From: an uncultured Actinomycetes bacterium
GTDB lineage: Bacteria > Actinomycetota > Thermoleophilia > RBG-16-64-13
NCBI GenBank assembly: GCA_963841735.1
Contig: CAWJDT010000005.1
Location: 160,001-224,000 of the forward strand
Length of the DNA stretch: 64,000 bases
Direction: 5' to 3'
Under the pieces are notes generated by a model, which was not told the DNA's origin, searched no databases, and saw nothing but the letters and a program-made list of their open reading frames with translations. Below, piece by piece: positions 35,354 to 43,843 of the stretch. The stretch's first letter is position 1. Each line of letters starts with the position of its first letter. Position numbers and translations under genes: made by a program.

Positions 35354-35391
35354 GTAAGAGAACCTTAACAAGAGCTTAAGAATGCTCTTAT
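35354..35391 (-). promoter_or_regulatory. Putative OmpR/PhoB-type tandem binding boxes
   Basis: GTAAG, TTAAC, TTAAG and CTTAT start at 35354, 35365, 35376 and 35387 (11-bp period), between the kinase gene and the downstream gene pair. Confidence 0.5.
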
Positions 35392-35419
35392 CTTTGGACT
35401 TTTCCCGTCTTTCAGACCG

Positions 35420-36892
35420 TTACCGGCGTCTATTTGCACGTGGCCGCCGCGTCCCGTCCACACCGTCGGGCTCCCCTTTCGCCAACGGCGGCAGCAAGAC
35501 GGTGAAGGTGCTCCCCTCCCCCTGCCGACTTACAACTTCAAGCGATCCTCCGTGCGCGACCACAATATCGCGGGCAATGGCAAGCCCCAGGCCCGAGCTC
35601 TCCTCGTCCCCCGAGAGCAGTCCTCTCCCCCGGTAGAACGGTTCGAAGATGTGGGGCAGGTCGTCCGCGGCGATGCCCGCGCCGGTATCGACCACATCGA
35701 CGCAAATGGAGTCGGCCTGCGCCCGCGAGCAGCCTCGAGCTAGAACCCGGATGCGGCCCGACGGCGGGGTGAATCTTATGGCGTTGGCCAATAGATTAGA
35801 CAGGACTCGAGCCAGGTCTTCGGCGAATCCGCTGACGTAGATGCCCGGCGGCACTTCGGTCTCAAGCTCGACCCCCTTTTCTTGGGCGAGCGGTTCCATA
35901 TGCTGAACGGTGACTCCCAGTAGGTCGCTGAGGTCGACGGTCTCTGGCTCGTCGCTTCTGGCCCGACCGGCCCGGGCGACCACCAGAAGGTTTGTGCTAA
36001 GGCGAATCAGTCGGTCCACTTGACCCTCCAGATCGCGCAGAGCCTCTTCGTACTCTGCCGGAGTCCTGCGTCTCGAGAGTGTGACTCCGATGCCCCCCTT
36101 TATGGCCGTGAGCGGAGTGCGCAGCTCATGGGAGGCATCCGACGTGAAGCGCCGTTCGCGCATAAACGCCTGCTCCACTCTGTCGAGCATCCGATCGAAG
36201 GCCGCCGCCAGCCTACCGATCTCGTCGCCCGGACCCCGATAGCGTATGCGCCGGCCGAAGTCGCCCGCGCGGATCGAGTCGGCTACCTGCGAGATGGTGA
36301 CCAACGGACGAAGCGTCCGTCCGGTAAGAACATAGGCGGCCAGAGCGGCCAGTACGAGAGCGATGGGCAAAACCAGATACAGCTGTGTACGTAGAGTCTG
36401 CAGAAGACTTTCGGTAGGCGTCAGCGGTCTGGCCACCTGGATCCAACCGCGCGTCTGCCCGTCGGCGCCCGGGACCGCTTCTGTCAGGACCCTCCAGTTC
36501 TCGCCCGATGCGTTCACGGTCAGATATCCCGGCGCGGGAGGCGTGGGCAGTCCTGCGATGGCCTGCCCGGCGCCATCGGACTGCTCACCGTCGGCCCTAA
36601 GCACCAGGAGTGCAAAGCCGGCCTCCATATCGGCGTGCGAGAACGTCGCTCCCTCGCCGCGAAGAACGAGTCGGCCATCCTCTTCCTCAAGCGACAGCAG
36701 GGCCTGAGAAGCGGCAGCCCGCAGACTGGAATCGACCTCCTGCAAAAGCCGGTGCTCAGTCTGAAAGTAGACATAAGTGCCCACCCCGAGCAGACTCATG
36801 CCTACCAGGATGACAAAAGATGCGACCACTCTCTGACGCAGCGTGCCGCGCAGTCGCCTCCGCGGGTCAGCCTGCGCCCGAACCATCGTCAT
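35420..36892 (-). CDS. HAMP sensor histidine kinase
   Basis: Two TM helices, HAMP, DASHELRTPL, NLLANAIRF, DTGAGI and GLGLAIA. Confidence 0.92.
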   Translation of the reverse strand: MTMVRAQADPRRRLRGTLRQRVVASFVILVGMSLLGVGTYVYFQTEHRLLQEVDSSLRAAASQALLSLEEEDGRLVLRGEGATFSHADMEAGFALLVLRADGEQSDGAGQAIAGLPTPPAPGYLTVNASGENWRVLTEAVPGADGQTRGWIQVARPLTPTESLLQTLRTQLYLVLPIALVLAALAAYVLTGRTLRPLVTISQVADSIRAGDFGRRIRYRGPGDEIGRLAAAFDRMLDRVEQAFMRERRFTSDASHELRTPLTAIKGGIGVTLSRRRTPAEYEEALRDLEGQVDRLIRLSTNLLVVARAGRARSDEPETVDLSDLLGVTVQHMEPLAQEKGVELETEVPPGIYVSGFAEDLARVLSNLLANAIRFTPPSGRIRVLARGCSRAQADSICVDVVDTGAGIAADDLPHIFEPFYRGRGLLSGDEESSGLGLAIARDIVVAHGGSLEVVSRQGEGSTFTVLLPPLAKGEPDGVDGTRRPRANRRR

Positions 36893-37556
36893 CTTCCAGC
36901 ACGAACCCAGTGCCCCGAAGTGTGCGGATTACCGAGGCGCCCGGGCCGTGGCCGAGTTTCCGCCTTAGATAGCCGACGTAGACGGCGACGACGTTCGACT
37001 CGTTGTAGAAGTCGAATCCCCAGACCCGTTCCGCGATCTGAGTGCGGGTGAGCACCTCGCCAGGGTGGTGCATCATGTACTCCAAAAGGGCAAACTCCCG
37101 GCGGCTCAGCGCAACAGGCCGGTCGCCCACGCGGACCTCACGACGGAGCACATCCATCTCTATTGAGCCCACGCGCAGCATAGGTTGAGCATCCGGCTGC
37201 GGACGCCGCAGCAAAGCGCGTACCCTCGCGACCAGCTCCGGGAAGGCAAAGGGCTTGACCAGATAGTCGTCCGCTCCCGAGTCCAGACCGCGTACGCGAT
37301 CCTCGACGCCGTCGAGAGCCGTCAGCAGCAGAACGGGGCAGGTGATGCCCGCTGCGCGGGCCTGGACGAGCAGATCCAGCCCACTGATGTCGGGCAAAAG
37401 GACATCAAGGATAAGAAGATCGTGGACGCCGGTCAGGGCCTTTTCAAGGCCGCGTGCACCGTTGCGCTCCCAATCGATCTCATAGCCGGCTTCGACAAGA
37501 CCTTGGCGAATGAATCTACCGATACCGGCGTCGTCTTCCACCAACAATAGCCGCAA
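36867..37556 (-). CDS. OmpR-family response regulator
   Basis: LLVEDD, LDVLLPD, GADDYLVKPF and winged helix NVVAVYVGYLRRKL...TLRGTGF. TTG start after AGGAGG. Confidence 0.92.
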   Translation of the reverse strand: MRLLLVEDDAGIGRFIRQGLVEAGYEIDWERNGARGLEKALTGVHDLLILDVLLPDISGLDLLVQARAAGITCPVLLLTALDGVEDRVRGLDSGADDYLVKPFAFPELVARVRALLRRPQPDAQPMLRVGSIEMDVLRREVRVGDRPVALSRREFALLEYMMHHPGEVLTRTQIAERVWGFDFYNESNVVAVYVGYLRRKLGHGPGASVIRTLRGTGFVLEDDDGSGAG

Positions 37557-37721
37557 TGCAAGCCTCCTTGCTGGGGCCAGCCGGAGTATACACCCCACAA
37601 AGCGGCGCCCGGAGAATGCTTCGGCCGGCCCGCGCCTTGCGCGGACCGGCCGAATCGGAGGGGGTCTATGTTCTGAAGCACCGTGTCCGGCGCGGGCGCC
37701 GCCGAGCCGAGCGCCGTCCGG

Positions 37722-38063
37722 CTACCCGATGGCCACGTGTCCTGTCTCGCCGGTGCTGATGCGCACGCACTCCTGCAGGTCCAAGACGAAGATCTTGCCG
37801 TCGCCTATGCTGCCGGTGCGGGCACCCTTGTTGATGGCGTCCATGGCCGGCGCCAGGAATTCGTCGTTCACCGCTATCTCGATTTTCACCTTGCGCAGCA
37901 GGCCGCCCGGTTCCACATGGCTCCGGTAGACCTCGGCCACACCCTTCTGCCTGCCGCGTCCCATGACATCCGACACCGTCATCAGGTTGATCTCGGCCTC
38001 GGTGAGCGCTTCCACCACCTCGTCCAGGCGATCGGGCTGGATTATGGCGATTATGTATTTCAC
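37722..38063 (-). CDS. glnK: P-II nitrogen regulatory protein (second copy)
   Basis: GRGRQKG and TGSIGDGKIFV. Close paralogue of 28748..29089. Confidence 0.93.
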   Translation of the reverse strand: MKYIIAIIQPDRLDEVVEALTEAEINLMTVSDVMGRGRQKGVAEVYRSHVEPGGLLRKVKIEIAVNDEFLAPAMDAINKGARTGSIGDGKIFVLDLQECVRISTGETGHVAIG

Positions 38064-38171
38064 GTCTCGAGCCTCCTTAGGTCCAACTGGTCACTGTCGC
38101 GAGTCGGCGGTCAGGCAACGATGGCGCCGGTCGCCGGCCACACATCGATGCCATGAGTCGCCGCTCACTTC

Positions 38172-39713
38172 TCATAGGTGCGGCGAAGCCGGGTAGGCCG
38201 GAACGCCCATCTCGGGTATGTCGAGCCCTATCATCTCTTCGTCGCGCGACACCCGGATACCTTGCACCCTCTTCTGGATGCGGAAGAACGCGTACATCAG
38301 CCCGAACGACCACGTTACCACCACGACGCAACCTATGGCCTGAGCAGCAAGCTGTCCGGCGCCGCCTCCGTAGAAGAGACCACGGATGGTGCCTTCCACT
38401 CCGTTCCAACCTTCTCCGTAGGTACCATCGGCGAAGAGTCCCAGCGCCAGCATGCCCCAAAGGCCGTTGATGCCATGCACCGAAACTGCGCCCACCGGGT
38501 CGTCCACCTTGAGCACGCGCTCTACGAAAACGATGGAGCCCACCACGAGCAGCCCCGCGACGATACCGATGATCGCGGCACCCGTGGGGCTTACGAACGC
38601 ACACGGTGCGGTGATGGCCACCAGACCGGCAAGCATGCCGTTGGCTGTCATCGACGGGTCGGGCTTGCCCCACAGCTTCCACACCAAGAACATGGCCGCG
38701 AGCGAACCGGTGGAGCAGGCGATGAACGTGTTGACGATGGCCACTACAAAGCGCAGGTCGGTGGCCGCGAAGGTGGAGGCTCCGTTGAACCCTATCCAGC
38801 CGAATACCAGAACGATCACTCCCAGGATGGCCATGGGCATGTTATGTCCAAGAATGGCCTTTGGTTTTCCGTCCTTGCCGAACTTGCCTATCCGCGGACC
38901 CAAGACGATGGCTCCGGCCAGCGCGGCAAACCCGCCGACTGCGTGCACCACACTCGATCCGGCGAAGTCCACAACTCCGTGACCAATACCTACGTTGCGG
39001 CCCAGCGCCGACAGCCAGCCGCCGCCCCACACCCAGTTGCCGTAGATGGGATACAAGATGGCCGCGATGAACACTCCGTACACGGCAAAAGCCGAGAACT
39101 TCCACCGTTCGGCCATAGCCCCGGTGGGGATGGTGGCTGTGGTGTCCATAAACACGAGCTGGAAAAAGAACATCGCCAGAATGGCTACGTCGTAGCTACT
39201 GCCCGACAGGAAGAAGCCTTTGGTGCCTATGAGACCCCAGCCCGACCCGGCCGAGGCCAGACCGTCCAAGGCCTGAGTGCCACCCAGCGTAGCGAAAGTG
39301 CCCACACCTCCAAACTGGAAGGCGAAGCCTACGGCCCAGTAGGTCACACAGCCGATGGCGAAGATCACGAAGTTGGTCATGATGACGTGCACCGCGTTCT
39401 TGGAACGCGAGAACCCGGTCTCGACCATGGCGAAGCCCATCTGCATGAAGAACACCAGCGCGCCGCCCATGATCAAGAAGAACATGTTGAGCGAGATCTT
39501 GGTGTGCCCCAACTCAGTGGCGAGCTCGCCCACAGTCGGACTGCCGCTGGTAGCAGCGGTAACGTCGGCCGCGGTGCCGGTGGCCGCTCCGGTGGGGTCG
39601 TTGGCCAGAGCCAGCCCCGTAACCAGCACCAGGGTCAGTCCGGCCAGCGCAATGATTGTGGCGAGCCTCTTCGCCCACGGCGACCAGGCCCAAGGTGGGG
39701 GTGCTTCTCTCAT
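38172..39713 (-). CDS. amt: Ammonium transporter (second, long type with N-terminal extension)
   Basis: LVFFMQMGFAMVETG, FQLVFMDT, GAMAERW, DFAGSSVVH, FGWIGFN and DDPVGAVSVHG. Confidence 0.93.
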   Translation of the reverse strand: MREAPPPWAWSPWAKRLATIIALAGLTLVLVTGLALANDPTGAATGTAADVTAATSGSPTVGELATELGHTKISLNMFFLIMGGALVFFMQMGFAMVETGFSRSKNAVHVIMTNFVIFAIGCVTYWAVGFAFQFGGVGTFATLGGTQALDGLASAGSGWGLIGTKGFFLSGSSYDVAILAMFFFQLVFMDTTATIPTGAMAERWKFSAFAVYGVFIAAILYPIYGNWVWGGGWLSALGRNVGIGHGVVDFAGSSVVHAVGGFAALAGAIVLGPRIGKFGKDGKPKAILGHNMPMAILGVIVLVFGWIGFNGASTFAATDLRFVVAIVNTFIACSTGSLAAMFLVWKLWGKPDPSMTANGMLAGLVAITAPCAFVSPTGAAIIGIVAGLLVVGSIVFVERVLKVDDPVGAVSVHGINGLWGMLALGLFADGTYGEGWNGVEGTIRGLFYGGGAGQLAAQAIGCVVVVTWSFGLMYAFFRIQKRVQGIRVSRDEEMIGLDIPEMGVPAYPASPHL

Positions 39714-39996
39714 GGTTCCTCCTTTTGTCCAGGCAATGCTCCCGCGTCAATGCTACCGACCGGGAAGCCGTCCGCCATTCGCCCCACAACAAGAGAGAAA
39801 CGGGACTTGTTTAGACACAAGGAGTAGCCGGAGACCAGCTCGGCCTCGTCGCTACCTGTAGTTTCGTGCTATTGGAGTGATGACTGTTTCGCTAGCTTGG
39901 CCTTATGGCCAAGCGGGACAGGGGTTGGCTGGGGCCCGCTGCCTGGTGCCTCCGCCAAGAATGCATGCAACAAGGCGCCAGGCCGCCCAGAAGCGA

Positions 39997-40515
39997 CTAT
40001 CCTCGCCTCAGGCACGCAAAGTGTCCAAACCGCTCCAGCCACTCCTCGTCAAGCTCCTCGTTCCCATCGGCATAGAGCCAGGCCAAGTCATCATGGGAGA
40101 TCCTGAAGACCACCCGCCCAGAAGAAGAGACGATATGGCAGTCCCACCCCGCGTAGAGAACGTAGCGGACCAAGGAGAGCAAGTCAGCGTGGTCATCCGG
40201 CCCGAAGAGATGACCTGGCTTGTCAAGAAGTTCGGCACCATCGCCCAGGGCCTGCCTGAACCTCAGGAACAGGTTGTAGTCGTAGTACTCCAGCGAACCC
40301 GCTCCCGCTACCTCGGTGTAAGCCAGTACTTCTGGGTCGTCCGAAAACAGGCAGGCAATAGGCGTCGCAATCACGGTTCTTGTCGCGGCCTCTTCACGAA
40401 TGCCAAAGGAGAACACCTTTCGAAACCCCGAGAGGTTCATCCCCTCGTGCTTCCTGGCCAGCCTTCGCTCGCGAAGCCACGCGTCCATCTCTGAAAACTC
40501 GATGATCCTTGCCAT
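39997..40515 (-). CDS. Hypothetical protein
   Basis: 172-aa ORF with GGAGG RBS, directly downstream of abiEii in the same orientation. Confidence 0.55.
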   Translation of the reverse strand: MARIIEFSEMDAWLRERRLARKHEGMNLSGFRKVFSFGIREEAATRTVIATPIACLFSDDPEVLAYTEVAGAGSLEYYDYNLFLRFRQALGDGAELLDKPGHLFGPDDHADLLSLVRYVLYAGWDCHIVSSSGRVVFRISHDDLAWLYADGNEELDEEWLERFGHFACLRRG

Positions 40516-40519
40516 GCAA

Positions 40520-41410
40520 CTAACCTCCCCCGAGGACGCTTGGAATCCAGTCCTGAAGGTCCCTGATCACGATCTTGAACTCCGGCAGGAGCCTGACGAG
40601 ATCGGCAAGACTCGAGTCCCACTGTCTTGCGGCCTCGGCGACGACAATCGAAGGGAAGAAGTCCTCCGAGCCTTCAAAGCTCACGTCTCTCACGGAGCAC
40701 TTTTGCCGCAGGATGCTCCCAACGACAGCGCTATTGACACTATCGACGCCGGCCGCGTTCATCGAGGTCAACCACCAGAGATCGTAGTAGTCGCGAGCGC
40801 AGTTGCGCAGCCACCTGCCCTCTCGAGCCCGCTTCACGGCCTGGAGCGGAGTCCGCAGCTTCTCGGCGACGATCTCCTCCAACGAGTAGCAGACCAACCC
40901 GGCGTCCAATTGCTCCGCGTAGGCGTTCAGCAAGAGTCGATGGCTTGGCGGCAGTAGAACGGGTTCGTCCGTGGTTATCTCCACCTTGAGGTTACACATC
41001 GGCCGCGCATGCCAGGGGTATTTGATCTGCACTTGGAAGGCCTCTTGGGCAGCAGGGTGTGCTTCCCGCTCGGCTCTCCGGGACGAGACGACCCGAAACG
41101 GGCCTCGTTCCAGCAGAGTCTTCTCCGTCTCTCCGGCGACCTGAGCGACGGCCGCTTCCAGGTCCTGGCCTCGAGGCCCCCCATTTGCGGTAAAGTCGAG
41201 ATCGACCGAGAAACGATAGCCCGGGAAGTAAGCTTTGCGAAGCGCAGTGCCACCCTTGAAGACAAGGCTTGAGGCCAACCCCTCGTTGCGAAAGATCGCC
41301 GCCAGGACATGGCTCAAGCCATAGTCCTTCTCGATGACCTCGAGCGGCACCCCCAGCTCGAAGGCCTTCGCTCTCAGCATGTCCTTCAGGGAAGGCGGCG
41401 AGTCACTCAC
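40520..41410 (-). CDS. Type IV TA toxin, AbiEii/AbiGii-family nucleotidyltransferase
   Basis: IEKDY, LVFKGGTALRKAY...RFSVDLDF, EIVAEKLR and ARDYYDL. Confidence 0.92.
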   Translation of the reverse strand: MSDSPPSLKDMLRAKAFELGVPLEVIEKDYGLSHVLAAIFRNEGLASSLVFKGGTALRKAYFPGYRFSVDLDFTANGGPRGQDLEAAVAQVAGETEKTLLERGPFRVVSSRRAEREAHPAAQEAFQVQIKYPWHARPMCNLKVEITTDEPVLLPPSHRLLLNAYAEQLDAGLVCYSLEEIVAEKLRTPLQAVKRAREGRWLRNCARDYYDLWWLTSMNAAGVDSVNSAVVGSILRQKCSVRDVSFEGSEDFFPSIVVAEAARQWDSSLADLVRLLPEFKIVIRDLQDWIPSVLGGG

Positions 41411-42257
41411 CTGCGGACTCTTGACTCAAGTTGGCGATGATCTTCCAGCGGCGGTCGTGCTCACCTCGGCGCATGCGTCCTGGGTCCAGAGGGCTGTAGT
41501 GGGAGGCGGGCAACTCAAGCAGTGGCATGACGGTCTTCATGTCGACGCCGGCGCGCTCCAGAGTCCACCCCAGGCGCTTGGCCACAGCCACGGACTTGTA
41601 CTGCAGAGCGTAGTGGACCAGCTTTCCCAGATTGAGCTCATCACGATGGCGGTCGACAACCGAGAGCGCCTCACCTATCCCCCCAAACATTCTCGGGAAA
41701 GCAAAGAGGTCGAGGACGGTGCGCTCCCGATCGGTGATGCTGACGCGAAAGCGTTCCTCCAGCCAGATCGTCTCCAGGCCAAGCTGGAACCGGCGAGGGA
41801 TGACCGTGACGTACCGACAGTCGATGCCGGCCACGTGCCAAAGGTGCCGGGCTTCTTCTACGGCGCCCCCTTTGCGCATGCTTGGGGTGACTACCTTCTT
41901 GGTAGTCGAGACAGTAATGACAAGTGGGATCTGGTCCGTCAAATCATGATAGGCAAGCGCAGACAGGTGACTCACGGCCGATGGAGTGAACAGCGCGGTC
42001 GCGATCAAGAAAGTGGGCACATCCACCCCGCCGGGTAGACGACCCGTTCCGGCGTAGAGATCGCGCCGCAGACGAACGATCCAGCCCGCGTCAGCCAACG
42101 ACTTAAGAAGAGAGCGGACACGCCGAGGGTCAACGCCCTGGGGCGCCAGCTGCGTGGCGCGTTCCGTCGTGAAGATGTATGTCCCGGCCTTCGCGAGCGA
42201 AGCTGCAAGAGCCACGCCGGCCGACACGCCGTACTCCCTTGTCTCCGACTTGTCCAT
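41403..42257 (-). CDS. Type IV TA antitoxin, AbiEi-family
   Basis: N-terminal wHTH (GWIVRLRRDLY), SHLSALAYHDLTDQIP, TDRERTVLD and KRLGW. Overlaps the toxin start. Confidence 0.88.
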   Translation of the reverse strand: MDKSETREYGVSAGVALAASLAKAGTYIFTTERATQLAPQGVDPRRVRSLLKSLADAGWIVRLRRDLYAGTGRLPGGVDVPTFLIATALFTPSAVSHLSALAYHDLTDQIPLVITVSTTKKVVTPSMRKGGAVEEARHLWHVAGIDCRYVTVIPRRFQLGLETIWLEERFRVSITDRERTVLDLFAFPRMFGGIGEALSVVDRHRDELNLGKLVHYALQYKSVAVAKRLGWTLERAGVDMKTVMPLLELPASHYSPLDPGRMRRGEHDRRWKIIANLSQESAGE

Positions 42258-42260
42258 GTG

Positions 42261-42313
42261 TGCGATTCTACTGCGTTAATGCGTTATTAGCAAACTTACG
42301 CAGTAGTGTCGCA
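42261..42313 (-). promoter_or_regulatory. abiE promoter (TTGCTA-17-TAGAAT) embedded in an inverted-repeat operator
   Basis: Arms TGCGATTCTACTGCGT (42261-76) and ACGCAGTAGTGTCGCA (42298-313) are 14/16 complementary. The -10 box lies 7 nt before the ATG. Confidence 0.7.
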
Positions 42314-42323
42314 TAGGCAGCGG

Positions 42324-42761
42324 TCACACCCTTGCCGGTGGCACTGGTAGCGGCCCGAGCCTCTGTTCCAGCGCCGCCAAGAAGGTCATCCGCTGCGCAT
42401 CTGCGACATGGTCCAAGCGGAGCTTGACCCTCTTGCCGCCGCAGATGGTCAATTCGACGATGCCCCAACTCTTGCGTCTTGCGCCCTGTACCGAGGACCA
42501 CTGAATCACCCTCCGTGGCCTAAAGCATGGCGGTACAGGCCGAAGCAGGCTCGTAAACGTGAGGCTCTCCCGCGACACGCGGGCGTATGGCAGGAGCGAG
42601 AGGACAGCGTTCGTCCCGGCGAGCACCGGCAAAGCCAGCCATAGCGCTAGCCAAACGAGGCCAGCCCCATCCAGGACCTTGACAACGCCGAAGCCGGTCC
42701 ACACCAACTCAAGGAGCAGATTGCTGTAGAACCAGGCTCTGGGATGTCGGAACTCAAGCAC
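42324..42761 (-). CDS. Hypothetical membrane protein (two TM helices, possible bacterial PH-like domain)
   Basis: Hydrophobic N-terminal half, then RVIQWSSVQ. Confidence 0.5.
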   Translation of the reverse strand: MLEFRHPRAWFYSNLLLELVWTGFGVVKVLDGAGLVWLALWLALPVLAGTNAVLSLLPYARVSRESLTFTSLLRPVPPCFRPRRVIQWSSVQGARRKSWGIVELTICGGKRVKLRLDHVADAQRMTFLAALEQRLGPLPVPPARV

Positions 42762-42794
42762 CGTGCGCTCTCCCCCCCGTGAGCAGCCCCTGCC

Positions 42795-43517
42795 TCAGTA
42801 AGACGGTATCGCGGCGTAGTGGGCCGCCTTCGCGGCCGTGTAGGCCGCCTGCGCGCCGGAGGCCGCGCCAAGATACGGCACCCCGTTGGTCACCATCCCT
42901 GTGCTCTTCATAGCGTCGATAGCCACGACGAGGTTGGCGATCCAGGACAGCATGCTACCGGCCGCCTGCCCCAACCAGTACTGGGCATTTTCGTAGCCCG
43001 CGGGGGGAGTCGTGGACGCCTCCGGCAAGTACATGGTGATGAAGTCGGTCATGCCCACCAGCTCCTCCCGCACCGAGCCGGGGGTGCCGAGGCCCATGCT
43101 GCTGATCTGAGCAGCCAACTCCGGGATGCGTGTTTCGTCGACGTCGATCTCGTTCAGCAGGTGGTGTACCGACTGGATATACCCGATGTGCACCACCGAC
43201 GGGTCCAAGGTAGTAGTCGTGATAGGCGGGGCGGTGGCGTGGGTAGTGGTCGTCGCCGGCGCAGCCGTCGTGGTAGTGGCGGGAGCTGCGGTGGTAGTTG
43301 TAGTCGAGACCGTGGTGACCACGCTGGTCTCGACGCCCACGAGCGTCGTGTCGCTCGAAGATACCGCGGTGGTGGGCAGCCCGCCCGGGAGGTCTGTGCA
43401 CGCTGCCGCCAAGAGGCTGGTTCCTGCCAGCGCCAGCACCAGCCCCGCCACCATCAGCCATCTGATCTTCAGGCGATTCACGGTCCCCTCCTTGAGTCTC
43501 GGCAACACCTCACGCAC
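42795..43517 (-). CDS. Putative lipoprotein with Thr-rich linker
   Basis: Signal peptide ending LAAAC, then poly-Thr. Confidence 0.65.
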   Translation of the reverse strand: MREVLPRLKEGTVNRLKIRWLMVAGLVLALAGTSLLAAACTDLPGGLPTTAVSSSDTTLVGVETSVVTTVSTTTTTAAPATTTTAAPATTTTHATAPPITTTTLDPSVVHIGYIQSVHHLLNEIDVDETRIPELAAQISSMGLGTPGSVREELVGMTDFITMYLPEASTTPPAGYENAQYWLGQAAGSMLSWIANLVVAIDAMKSTGMVTNGVPYLGAASGAQAAYTAAKAAHYAAIPSY

Positions 43518-43603
43518 CTTGACCGACCAACACGTCGATTCTACGCCGCAACACCGGCACCTTGCTCAGTGGTCACGTGTGGAGCGCGCCCCCCCGCCTC
43601 CAC

Positions 43604-43843
43604 TCAGGATTCCCACCACTCGATATCCACGCCTTCGGAGTCGCCCACGGCTTCCCGAAGCATCTCGATGAGCTCGGGGGCCGCCCCGGCTTCCTCCATC
43701 ATCTCGATGGTCAGGGAGGTGATGTAGTAGTCGGTGTCTTCCTCGTCTTCCTCTACCAGTTGGTCGATAAGAAACTGGAGTTCAGACTCGTCGATCTCCC
43801 CCAGCACCTCACCGCTATCCTTCAATGACAACGTATACATCAA
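43604..43843 (-). CDS. Small acidic hypothetical protein
   Basis: LGEIDESELQFLIDQLVEEDEEDTDYYI with a GGAGG RBS. Confidence 0.7.
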   Translation of the reverse strand: MMYTLSLKDSGEVLGEIDESELQFLIDQLVEEDEEDTDYYITSLTIEMMEEAGAAPELIEMLREAVGDSEGVDIEWWES

